NCBI GenBank assembly: GCA_008632985.1
Contig: QPGO01000121.1
Coordinates: forward strand, 248,001-268,569
Length of the DNA: 20,569 nucleotides
Direction: 5' to 3'
Source: Psammoneis japonica
Lineage: Eukaryota
Shown piece after piece: positions 1 through 10,189 of this stretch. The first letter of the stretch is position 1. Each line of letters begins with the position of its first letter. The position numbers and the translations under genes are program-made. A model generated the notes under the pieces. It worked only from the letters and a program-made list of their open reading frames with translations, did not search any database and was not told where the DNA came from.

Positions 1-825
1 CGTTTGTTCCACGACGTTTGCTGCGACGTCTGCGCGTTTCGCAGACACTTCTTTAATCTTGAACCACCCGGTTGCTGGGTCAATCATTGTGACTGCCCAC
101 AATTGCAAGGTGTCCTTTCCGCGTCTTTGAATTTTACATGGCCCTGTCACATCTGTGCATGGAGTCTCCCATGGAATTATCTCTGCGACCTTTTCTGGCA
201 ACTTCCCATGATGCTGCGTTCGGCGTTTTGTCTTCTGGCATCGATCGCACTTGGCGCACGTAGAATGCACCGTAGACCTCACACTGGGCCAACAGAAGTG
301 CTGGGCAATGGATGTTTCCGCACGTGTCTCACCTGGATGACACAGTGTCTCGTGGCACCATTCAGTCAGCGGAACCTGTGGTGCTGCGATTTTGTCCTTG
401 TGACAGATTAACTGTCGTGATGACCCTCCCCCATGATGCGCACGAATGGAGCAGTCAGACGAGTCCTTGGCTCTTGAGAGCAGGCGCTTGTCCTTTTGTT
501 GTGCTTTTTGAATGCGCTTGAAGGTGCTGAATGAGCCTGCCACCGCGGTCCAGTTTGTCTCAGCCGTTGAATGGCTTCGCAGACGTTTGCAGCATCGACT
601 GTCAAGCAGAGCACTGCTGGCGCCACCATCTGGCAGTGCCTCAATGGTTTGAGTCTTGCCCTTGCCATGTTTGGCATTCACAGCTGCAAACAAGATTGGA
701 GTGAGATGAGTCTTTTTAACTCGTTTGCGGGATTGGCCTGCAACACGTGTACGATGGTAATCCAGTTGTTCATTTGTACATTCATCTGATGTGCCAAAAC
801 TGCCTGTGTCGTGTCGGCCCCCTTC
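1..825 (-). pseudogene. pol: Gypsy pol remnant: N-half of aspartic protease fused in frame to integrase (HHCC zinc finger and start of core)
   Basis: Manual translation of minus 825->1 has no stop: IEALPDGGASSALL (cf. ALLDSGAS), WTAVAGSFST|FKRIQKAQQKD, then WCHETLCHPGETR...QHFCW...CAKCDRCQKTK...HGKLPEKVAEIIPWETPCTDVTGPC...TMIDPATGWFKI. Not in the ORF track. Confidence 0.88.
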
Positions 826-1902
826 TCAGGCGTCCGAATCTTCGGAATCACTTGAGTTGAGGTCGCGGAAGTGATTGAGCTCCTCCTCGCGGGCCTTGCG
901 CTTTTTCTGAGCGTTGGCAAAGAACTCCTTGACCTTCGATCCGACAAGAGCATCAATGTCTTCCTCATTCCGAGGTTTTGCATCAGGCTTGCCGCCTCTG
1001 TCATTGGAATGTCCAGTCTTGACACGTTTCACGTGGTGCTTGAGCTGACGGCAATCCTCCGTATGATGTCCACAGTTGATCCTGCGCAGCATGCACGACT
1101 TCTGGGTGTTCCGTTGGGTCGTGATCAACGACTCAGGATTGTCCGTTCTACGTCCCCGCTTACATGGAACCTTGGCATGTTGGTCCTGGTTGCCTTCGGC
1201 AAGCTCGACCTGCTCGATGCGCTCGCAGAACTGCACAAATTCGGCGACAGTGTGCGCCAACGGGTCAAAATTCTGTAGCGTCATGAACTTCTGCCATGCG
1301 TTCGGCACACCGCACTCGAACATGTCGCACAGTTCGTCATTGGGCAATGGTGCCGGTGTTTCTCCATCCTCCGTCACGGGTGGAAACTGAGAGATGTGGC
1401 CGTTAATTTCAACAGCCCTCGCGACGTAGTCACGAGCAGAAACCTCTGCGGGCTTGCGCATGAAGCGCCGCAGATGACGCTTCTGCAACAGTGCCGCCCT
1501 GTGTGGGAAGATACTTTCCTTTAGCTTCGCGATGCATGCTGCGCACGTGGCGTTGGTTTGGCATGCCTGCTTGTCAGCGGCATTGTCAAATGACGTCAGA
1601 GCATCGCCCTGTGGCAGGTCATGCACAAGGGCAAATTTTGCTGGCCCGGTCGTGATGTTTTGTCCTTCATGCGCGCGATCCACGTTGTGCAGAAAGATTG
1701 GGAGTGTCTCGCATGTAGCCGCAGAAAGGTGCGGGATGCCCATCTCGTGCGTTGGACTGTCCGGATCAGCGGGGTTGTCACGCAGCTTGAACGTCTGGCA
1801 CTCGCCCTGCTGCAGCTCTTTCTTCTCTGGCCGTGCGAACGGAATCGGCGGCTCAACCCGCTTCTTCATGGTCATTTTAAGACTGTTCGGTCCTGCCAAC
1901 AT
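826..1902 (-). CDS. gag: Gypsy Gag (hypermutated; 1 Tyr in 358 aa)
   Basis: Motifs PPIPF.RPE, FKLR..P, GQN.T.GP, GDAL..F, FP.RA..QKR..RR..RKP, VP..WQ, FCER.E, as I recall them from diatom gypsy Gag; degenerate Cys/His knuckle (CMLRRINCGHHTEDC); lies directly upstream of and in frame with the protease. Confidence 0.8.
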   Translation of the reverse strand: MLAGPNSLKMTMKKRVEPPIPFARPEKKELQQGECQTFKLRDNPADPDSPTHEMGIPHLSAATCETLPIFLHNVDRAHEGQNITTGPAKFALVHDLPQGDALTSFDNAADKQACQTNATCAACIAKLKESIFPHRAALLQKRHLRRFMRKPAEVSARDYVARAVEINGHISQFPPVTEDGETPAPLPNDELCDMFECGVPNAWQKFMTLQNFDPLAHTVAEFVQFCERIEQVELAEGNQDQHAKVPCKRGRRTDNPESLITTQRNTQKSCMLRRINCGHHTEDCRQLKHHVKRVKTGHSNDRGGKPDAKPRNEEDIDALVGSKVKEFFANAQKKRKAREEELNHFRDLNSSDSEDSDA

Positions 1903-2000
1903 TTCGTAGTTTCGTTTCTGTAGATTTCGTCACCTCGCACAACATGCGGGAGCAATGTCACTGTGCCCTGCGCATGCACCAGGCGCTGAAAAAGAAGATG

Positions 2001-2237
2001 TGTTACGACTTTGTCGTTGTGAAAATTGTGAGCTAGTTTAGAGCAGAGAAAATGGGATCGTGCGAATGGGGAATCTTGCCAAATCCCTGTTCGTTCGCAT
2101 TTGGATCGCATCAAATCGATCGTGCGTTCGCATCATGGATCGTGCGAATCAAGCCATCACGCGCCATGCACGAGTGATGTCATCGTGTGGAATCACGCCA
2201 CCATCGTGGGCCAGACGACGGGCTAGTGTGCTTCACA
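2001..2237 (-). repeat. Putative 5' LTR of the gypsy element (~237 bp)
   Basis: Bounded by TGT (2001) and ACA (2237); CpG-rich with internal repeats GGATCGTGCGAAT (2055, 2137) and CGTTCGCAT (2092, 2125); ~100 bp upstream of gag. The partner LTR is outside the window, so the ends are unconfirmed. Confidence 0.55.
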
Positions 2238-4423
2238 CGGATGCTCTCTTGGCATCCTTCTGGAATTGCCCAAGACCCAGAGCCATGCCCTCCTGTGGTC
2301 GTGCTTCCCAGGCACGTGTTAACAACACCACGTTGCCACGTACAAGAGGCTTGTGCATGGTCTTGCCATGTTGTCCAGCAGCGAGGCATGCTGCACTGAG
2401 GCAGAGAGAGGTGCATGCCTGCACACTGTCCTGAAGAGATTGCATTGTCAGCATCTCTGTGGCATGACCTGTGGACAAAAGGTGCCACTTGATGTGACCA
2501 CAGATGTGGGCCACAGATGAGGATGTTGAACCATGGAGCAAAGAAGTCCTTGAATGTGTGTCCACCACCATGCTGATGTTTTCCACACACAATGATCTGA
2601 ACCCACTGTCATCTGAAATTGAACAGTGCAGTTGGAGGGCACACATGACCAAAGAATGTTGGCAAATTGTTGGGAGCTAAGCCGCAAGTTGAGGCAAGAA
2701 AGAATGTTGTCATTTTGTCAGAGAATGCAACTGTGCCAATGAGCACACAAACAATGAATGAATTGCTGGATCAAGGGGCAATGAATTGCAGTTGGATCCA
2801 GACAGAAACAGAAATGACACCGAGTTGCACAGACTGCCGGTTGTCCCTTGTCCCACCTGTGGTGTGGACAAATTTGGGGTTTGTGGTCCCCTTGTGCAAC
2901 TCAACACCAGTCACTGTCCTGAAGTTAAATTGAGAGATGCAGATGGCATTGTTCACAATGCCACAAAGCTGGCATTGTTCTTCCACCATGTTGCGCCAAC
3001 CACAGGAGCCCTGTGCACAGGTGGTTCTGCCACAGAGTGGAGCTCTTTGATGTGACTCCCAAGACAGTCAACGGCTAGATTGTGGACCTGATTGATGGCC
3101 CACACTCTTGAATTGTAAAAGAGAGAGGATTTGTTGCACTCATGTGAAGTGTTTTGTGGAGTGTGTGCAAGGCACATCACACTTGTTTGATGACATGGTC
3201 AACTTGCTCTGATGATGGACAGCACACCAACTTGTGCAGTTCTAAGTTGAAAGACATCAGCTGCAAAGCAACAGGTGTGCCTTGCAATGACATGGTTGCT
3301 GTGCCAAAGGGATCAGTTTTCCCTCAATGCCAGCCAGCCCCAACTGGCTGGTGGTGGAAGTGGCAGGAGTGGCAGGAGTGCATTGGAGTGTCTGGATTGT
3401 TTGGTGACTCTTTATGAGCAAGAGGCTTCACCATTTTCAATCTCTCACCTTTCAGTTTCATCTTGCTCTTTGGAGTGAATTGTTGTTTGGTTTGCATGAT
3501 TTGTCATTCCACATCAATGGGCAGCTGTTGTCCTGCAAGTTTACAGCTTGTTGCATTGACACCTTCAGCAACCCACAACCATCACAGTTTGCCAAGGCAG
3601 GTGCACCAAGCAGTGCACAAGAAGCCTGATGGAATTCTCTTTTGGTTGCATTGACTTGCCAGCTCAGTGAGCATGTTCCAGCTTGGTTTTGGAAAGTTGC
3701 TCCACACAGCAAAGCATGCTTCATGTGTGCAAAACAATTTTGCTCCATGACAGTTCCCTCTCCACATCATCAAACAGTTTGCCAAAGAGACTCACCTTAA
3801 AAAGCTTTGTCCACTCCAGGTGCATTTCCAGTCCTCCTCACCCATCATGTCAACACAATCCTCCAGCAGCAGCCCATTGATGCCCCCTGCACACCTTTGT
3901 TCATGCAGGATTCTGCCAATGAGAAGAAGAGAATGAAATGTTTCTGCCACAGTGTGTGCCATGCAAGGAGAGTGGCAATCATCCCCAGTGGTGCACGGGC
4001 AGTGGAGCAGGTTTGCAACCTGCCTTGCACATCATTTCATGGAGATTTGCATGAAAGTCTTCACCCCACCACTGAATGTTGGCAAAGTTGCTGTTGCAGA
4101 GTTGCACCACATGTGCCTCTCTGTTGATGCAGTGGAAGGAGGCTGTGCACCCAGAGCTGACCCAGAGCTGAGTGTTTGTGTTTGTGCAGTTGATGGTCAG
4201 GGCTTCTTTGACTTGTGTCTGAGCTGGCTGTGCAAGCAGAGCATCTTGAAGGCACCATGGTGGAGATTCCGGCATGCATCACCAGATGTGCCCAAGGACT
4301 TGCCGTGTCTGTGTGTTGGGGAGACAATCCAATCTGTGGGGCTCAACATGCTTTTGTGCAATGAGTGCACCCACAGACCTTGCAACTGCAGGGCACCAAC
4401 TCTCAGAGGCATCATTTTGGTTG

Positions 4424-4660
4424 GTGTTCAAGAAGAGACTGTTGCAGGGTGTGTGTGGGGCTGCTGGCAAAACAAAGTCTGTCCATCAGTGTGCTTGCCA
4501 GGGTGAAAAATTCTGTGACCTGGACCCATCACATGCCATGGTCAGTGTTCAAGAGAAATGGTTGTGGGGTGCATTGGTGGGGAGCACAGCTGGCCAAACA
4601 AAATCTGTCTGTCAGTGCACTTGCTGGGGTGAAAAACTCTGTGACCTGGACCCACCATCA
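4424..4660. repeat. Diverged tandem duplication, ~121-126 bp unit, 2 copies
   Basis: GTGTTCAAGA at 4424 and 4545; GGGTGAAAAA.TCTGTGACCTGGACCCA at 4501 and 4627. Confidence 0.85.
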
Positions 4661-4916
4661 CGCATTGGCAAAATGTGATGCTGATGCCAATGGCAGTGAA
4701 CGGTTCTTGTGTGCTTCCGTTTTGTGAACTGCAATGTGTCCAAGGACACCTTGTGTCAACAATGCCAGCCATGTCTGCTGTGCAGGCAATGATTGAAGAA
4801 GCTCTTTCCACCAGCAAGGGCAGCAAAGCATCGCACACTTTGAGTGTGATGTGGCTGCTGGCCGGGCTGGGCTGCATGTGTGTGTGACCTGTTTGTTTTT
4901 GTGTGCACTCAGAGCA

Positions 4917-4998
4917 GGAGAAAATGTTGCATGGCAGCGTTGAAGGAACAAGAAGGGGAGAAAATGTTCTTGCATGGCTGCATTGAAGGAACAAGGAG
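4917..4998. repeat. Tandem duplication, ~40 bp unit, 2 copies
   Basis: GGAGAAAATGTT...GCATGGC.GC.TTGAAGGAACAAG at 4917 and 4957. Confidence 0.85.
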
Positions 4999-5849
4999 TG
5001 TTGGTGTGTGCTTCTCAATGTTGCACAATGTGGTGGCTGTGAGAACCCCAAACATGTTTGGGGAAGAACAGGCAGGGTGAAAATGGCCATGCCAGCCTGG
5101 TGTGATGGCACTGCCTTTTCCACCACAAGTGGTCTCATTTCCTGAGTCCATCATGCCTCTGCAAGCTGATCCCTTGTTGGAGCCATCCTTTGTTGCTCAG
5201 CTTGCCAACAACCGGAGGCCTCTGGCAATGAAGCAAGTTTGAAGCTCCTCCCCAGTCAGCACAAGTTGGCAAGTGCTTTCTGCCTCCCAAGGGCACAGCT
5301 GTCCTCACAGAACAACAAGTGGTGTGAGAACATGCCACAATGAATGGAGAGTTGGTCACAAAGCTGCAGGCTTTTTACCCTCTTGCTGTGGAGCAGAGGT
5401 GAGCTGGGTGACTCCTCTGAGAAGTGAGCATGCTTTGTGGCTCACTCTGACATGCAACACCATCACACAACTTGGGGTCTAAGACAGGTTGAGTGAGTTT
5501 GTCCAGAGCAAGGAGAAAGCAACTTTGAGGTTGGACAAGACAGCACTGGGCTTGGGCTGTCATCAGAGTGCCAATGCCTCTTGAAAGAACACTGCAAAGT
5601 GGCCTGCAAAGATCTGCCAGCTTTTGTGAAGCATTGCATGTGAGATGACAGAGATGCAGACAACTGCTCATCACTTTTTTGAGTGGATGAGATTGGGTGA
5701 CTTAGAAGTGTGAGAGGGAGTGGCTGTGTTGTGAGTGCCTGACTGCTGAGGCCCAACCTGATTTGCACCACAGCAGGGCCACCAAGCCTCATCCATGCGT
5801 GGGTTCACAGTGGTGCTGCTCTGTGTTTTGGCACTTTGCTCAGACTTCA

Positions 5850-6330
5850 TTCTCCCACACTTTCTCGCCAGAAAACTCAGCTCCCATGCCACTCTGGCTG
5901 TCATGAACACTGCCTGCTGATTGAACATCCAACAATCATTCTTGTGTTGGGGTGTGTGATCTGCAATTGCTTGCACATTTGTTGAATGCAGTCCCCTCTG
6001 ATTGACAAGTGGTGTGTTGGGGTTCTTGTGCTCACAGGAAGTTGCCCTGGAGCATGAGTTCACATGGCACAGCCATCTGCAGCTGCCACACAACCCAGGT
6101 GCATCTCAGGAAAATTGTTTTTGTTTTTCAAAAATTGATTTGCCAGAGATTGCAGCCCCACCTTGGTTGTTGTTGGAAAGTGTGCAGTGCTGACATCAAC
6201 TTCAGTGATGGCTTTGAAACAAGCAAGTGAAGTTCCTTCTAACATGCACAAGTCAAGGATGGATCTCCATGCTGTGGTCTGATGAAAGTGGCTTGCATTT
6301 CCCACACTTCACCATGTTGTTTGACCTGCC
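5850..6330 (-). pseudogene. PIF/Harbinger (DDE_Tnp_4-like) transposase relic, frameshifted
   Basis: Correctly ordered motifs across frames: GCVAAADG (6095-6072; cf. GCVGAIDG), NP...NQRGLHSTNVQAIAD (6003-5959; cf. NRKGxYSxNVQAxCD), GSVHDS (5914-5897). Boundaries approximate. Confidence 0.65.
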
Positions 6331-7369
6331 TTGGAGGAGCACCCCCTGGCACACTTGTGTGTTCATCAAGCCCTTCTCAGGGCTGTTGTGCCAACACAAG
6401 AGGCTGCACATTTGAAGCTTCAAATGCCACCAGTTGGCCTGTGCCCTGTTGCCAGGTTGAAAAAACTGCCAATTTTTCACTGGGGCCAGGCTTCTCATGG
6501 GGAGACAAGCCACAACTTTCTGACAAGTGGCACATTTGACTGGCTGCAAACATGTCTGCAGTCAACAAGGTAAAAGTTGTGCATGGCCACAACCATTGTC
6601 CATGTGCTTTGTCATGTCTTTGGAGCAGACAAAGTTCAACCTGTCACCAAAATTTCATTTTTGGTGAACACACCCACCCAGTGCAATGAATCCAAATCCA
6701 GGTCATTTTTGGAAGCACACAGATCCATCTTTAAAGCATGACCAAGCCCAAGAGCAAAAATGAGTCCATGCAAAGGACAGCCTCCAGCCCCCTTGCAGCC
6801 AAGTTTGACCTTTTCATTGACTGCCAGCAGCTTGTGGTTGCTTTCTTGCTGCTGTCAACCTTCTTCCACTGGTTGTGTCAAGCAGGTCACAAAGAATGCA
6901 TCTTGCATGATGCCACTCACAGGAGGAGCACACAGCCAGCTGCTCACATCACTTCTTCTTTGGTCTCACTGCCACCAAGGTGTCAAGAGCAAAAGACACT
7001 CTGTTGTGGATGCCATTGCAACAAATGCAAAACAGTTGCCACTTTTGCATTGACAAGTGGCAAGCATTTGTTGCAGCACATGCACACAATCATCACTTTG
7101 TGGAGATTGGGTGCCCACCTTGTGACATTTGACAATGCAAAATGACCCTCACTGACCATTGGGTCACTCTTCTCTTCAGCCATTGAAAAATTTGAATGCG
7201 CTCATGCAAGATTGGCGCAATGGTCATTTGCTCTTCACCTCATGCTCTTTCTCATTCTTCCAAAGAGCAACCAAGAGCAACAGCCACAAGCAGACAGATT
7301 TTAATGCTGTCATTTTGGTGCAGAATGCCATCTGCCATTCTTGTTTGTTCACAGGAGGAGCCATGCCAC

Positions 7370-9505
7370 ATGAATGCTGCACAACATGGAGCCACCCCAG
7401 TGGCACAAGGGGGTCAGAATGCCCCAAACACAAATGCAGTGGCACCACAGCCACAGGCGTCAGTGCAGCAACCAGCTGCAGCTGTGGGGAATGCACTGCC
7501 ACCACTGCAAGTCCCTGTGCCTCCCCACAGCCCAGGGACACAATTTGCAGGACCAGGCCAACCACTGCCACCACTGCCAGGAGGCATCCCAGTGGTGCTT
7601 CTAGCACTGCCAGTGCTGTGGAACCCTCAGAACCATTTTTTGTCAGATGCCAAAGACCCACACCATGGTGACTGCACCAAAGCCATCCTGGATTTTGCCA
7701 TGCCCATGCAAGGAGCATCACGGCACAACCCAGGTGCGCTGCATGACAGGGTTGCATTGGCCTCAAGTCATGACCTCCCAATGACAATCACACTTCATTG
7801 TCATGCCAATGGCACCACCAACAAGGGGCAAATGCAGGCATTGCATCAAGTCTCAACTGGCCCCACTGCTGTGGTGGGACAAGCTTAACCATGGGACAAT
7901 GGCACATGTGCTGTCATGGGCGATCTGACATGCAGCCAATTCACACTCATGGAGTTTGGGGAAGATTTGTGTGCTCCAACCAATCAAGGGACTTGGGTTC
8001 TGACACACAACATGCTCCAAGCAGACATTGCAGCCACACAGAACAGCCTCCATGCATCTGCATGTGCAAGCTGATGCACAGGACTCTGAAGAGGTTCAGA
8101 CATGCAATGTGATGTTCGCGCCTTTCGAGTTTGTCTGCCTGTTCCTGCCTGCACCCCTTGGTCCAAAGGACATGCATGCAAGGGTCCATGGAGCAGCCAC
8201 AGCTGCCAACAAGCTTGCTGCACTGACGCCGCTTCTAGACTGCCTGCGGGTTGAGTGTTGCACCATGCAGAATGCACAGCTCCAGTTGGCAGCAGCACAG
8301 CCTTGGCCAACCATGACGCACCCTCCTGATGATGCACTGATCCATTTCTTTGATTGCAAGGTGGAACGAAACACCTGCCAGGCTGCAGGGGGGGATGCAG
8401 ATCCAACCACAGCAGTTCCAGCCCACAATTGTTGCCATCAAGGGACTCACAATGGAGCAGTGACAGCAGCAGTTGGATGAGGAAGCAAGGTGCATGGCCA
8501 CCCCATGAAGCAAGAGGCCAGCAGAGTTCTGGAGAGTCTTTTGGGTTGCAAAGATCCTGCGTTGGTGCCAGATGCACAACAAGGCTGCACCACCTTCACT
8601 GTGGTCCAGAATGCCATCAATGAGCAGCATCAAGCCCTTCAGGTGCATTTTGACCTGCCAGCAATGGCGAGTCTCGTCACCAAGTTGGCGCAACTTGATT
8701 TTGCAGGGTGCAACCAGGAGGAGCCCACCCAAGGCATCAACCCTTTCTTGTTCAGACTCACTGCCCCACACACAGCTGAGCAAATTGCCTGCCACAACTC
8801 AATGCATGTGCAGTTCCATGGAGAAGCAGGAGGAGTGCCACAGCCACAAGATGTGCAGGCACTCAAGGCACCAGACAAGGCACTGGTGGCAACAACTGTG
8901 CAGGCAGCTGTGCAATCACATGATGGATGCCACCTCATCTGCTCCACCACTCTGGGTGAAAACCACCCTGTTGTGCAATGGCTCACTCTGCAGCATGCAA
9001 ACATGGACAGGCATGCCAACAAGCTGGTGCACTGGCAAACACTTCATCCGACCCCACCTGTTGACTTCCAGCAACATGCACAGGTCAAGCTGCATCATTG
9101 GTTCCTGTCACAAGCAACAGTGCACCAGGAGATCCCATTCATGGGGCACAACATCATTCACAAGGCAGCTGAGGGGGCAATGTTTTGGCACCTCAGCTTG
9201 CTGCCTGCCATGCTTCCCACCAGTGCAGTCGGTGTGACTTCACCAGAAGCTGCCAAGTTGGACATGGCGGGCACCACAGTGTCATTTGGAGCCCGTCTTG
9301 TGACCCGCACTTTGCAACACCATGCAATTGTGCCAACAGGCGCTCACATGAGGTAAAATTGCATTGCACCCAGGACAAGATCGAGCTGCCCAAAGACAAC
9401 CAAGGATGCATCCACTGCAACCCTTGCCACATCAAAGGGCAGTGCAACTCCAACTGCAGCTCCAGCTGTGATCACCACAATGACCTCACCAATGAAGAGC
9501 AGTGA
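7370..9505 (+). pseudogene. Probable DIRS/Ngaro-type (tyrosine-recombinase retrotransposon) ORF1/Gag-like relic with stops and frameshifts
   Basis: Consecutive plus-strand ORF pieces (7196-7888, 8028-8480, 8490-9356, 9185-9505) read as one protein: P/A/Q-rich N-terminus, DPHHGDC, PWD..GD, NVMFAPFEFVCL, LLDCLRV, GINPF, and a C-terminal Cys/His finger CNPCHIKGQCNSNC...DH. Family call is from recollection of diatom elements; no RT or YR domain is visible. Confidence 0.45.
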
Positions 9506-9992
9506 CAATTCCTTGCACAGGGCAAGAAACGCTGGAAGACTGAATGGGTCTTTTGGCAATGGCATGAGTTCGGGGGCCAGTTGCCAAGAGCCATCGTGTG
9601 TGTCGGCGGCACACTCACAACACCAAGAAATTGTGGAGAGTTTCAAAAGGCAGCACAACCACCACACTGCACATGGACAGGATGTTGCTGTTGCAATTTA
9701 CAATGACAAATTAGACAAGCACATTAAAGCCAACACAGCATCATTGCGTCATAAAGGACTCAGCCACTGAGGAGATTGGAGACCACCGAATCACATCTGG
9801 GGTGACGGAAGTGTGTGGTTGGGAGTGACAGGTGGCAGGAAAGTGGCGTGCAGTGTGCTGGGCAGTGAAGAGAAAAGGATTGGCCGATGGTGCAGACAGA
9901 TGGATTTGTGGAAGATGCACTGGTGATGGTCAGGTGTTGGGGCATGTCAGAAAATGAAGATGACTGGGTGGAAGAAAACAATGACTCCTCAC

Positions 9993-10189
9993 TGCTGTCT
10001 AAATGGCAGATGAGTCTCCATGCAGAGACCGTTGCAGGAGCCGAAAGACTGGTGTCGTGATGTCGGCACTGCTGTTGTCATTCTTGTGAGCTCTGTGGCT
10101 CGAAAGCAAACTGCATCGCGTGACGTGCACGGAACTGAGAGCACACATGATTGTGTGCGATGAACCAAAATCTTGTTCAAATCCTGTCA
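9993..10189 (-). repeat. Putative 3' LTR of the copia element (~197 bp)
   Basis: On the minus strand it begins TGACAGG immediately after the purine run GGGGAG and ends ...AGACAGCA at ~9993 (9996 is an alternative end). Confidence 0.6.

Larger units (their letters stand above)
1..2237 (-). mobile_element. Ty3/gypsy LTR retrotransposon, 5' part, internally deleted (LTR-gag-PR'/IN), truncated by the window edge
   Basis: Putative LTR at 2001-2237, gag at 1902-826, and an in-frame pol remnant at 825-1 with aspartic protease and gypsy-type integrase motifs; RT and RNase H are absent. Confidence 0.85.

Noticed and set aside
4424..4998. CRISPR-like array
   Set aside because: Only two diverged copies per unit, no repeat-spacer structure, eukaryotic TE context.
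2400..9990. Many short Cys/His-rich ORFs as metal-binding proteins or host genes
   Set aside because: Explained by TG/CA enrichment and loss of TAA/TAG; they overlap in all six frames without coherent domains.
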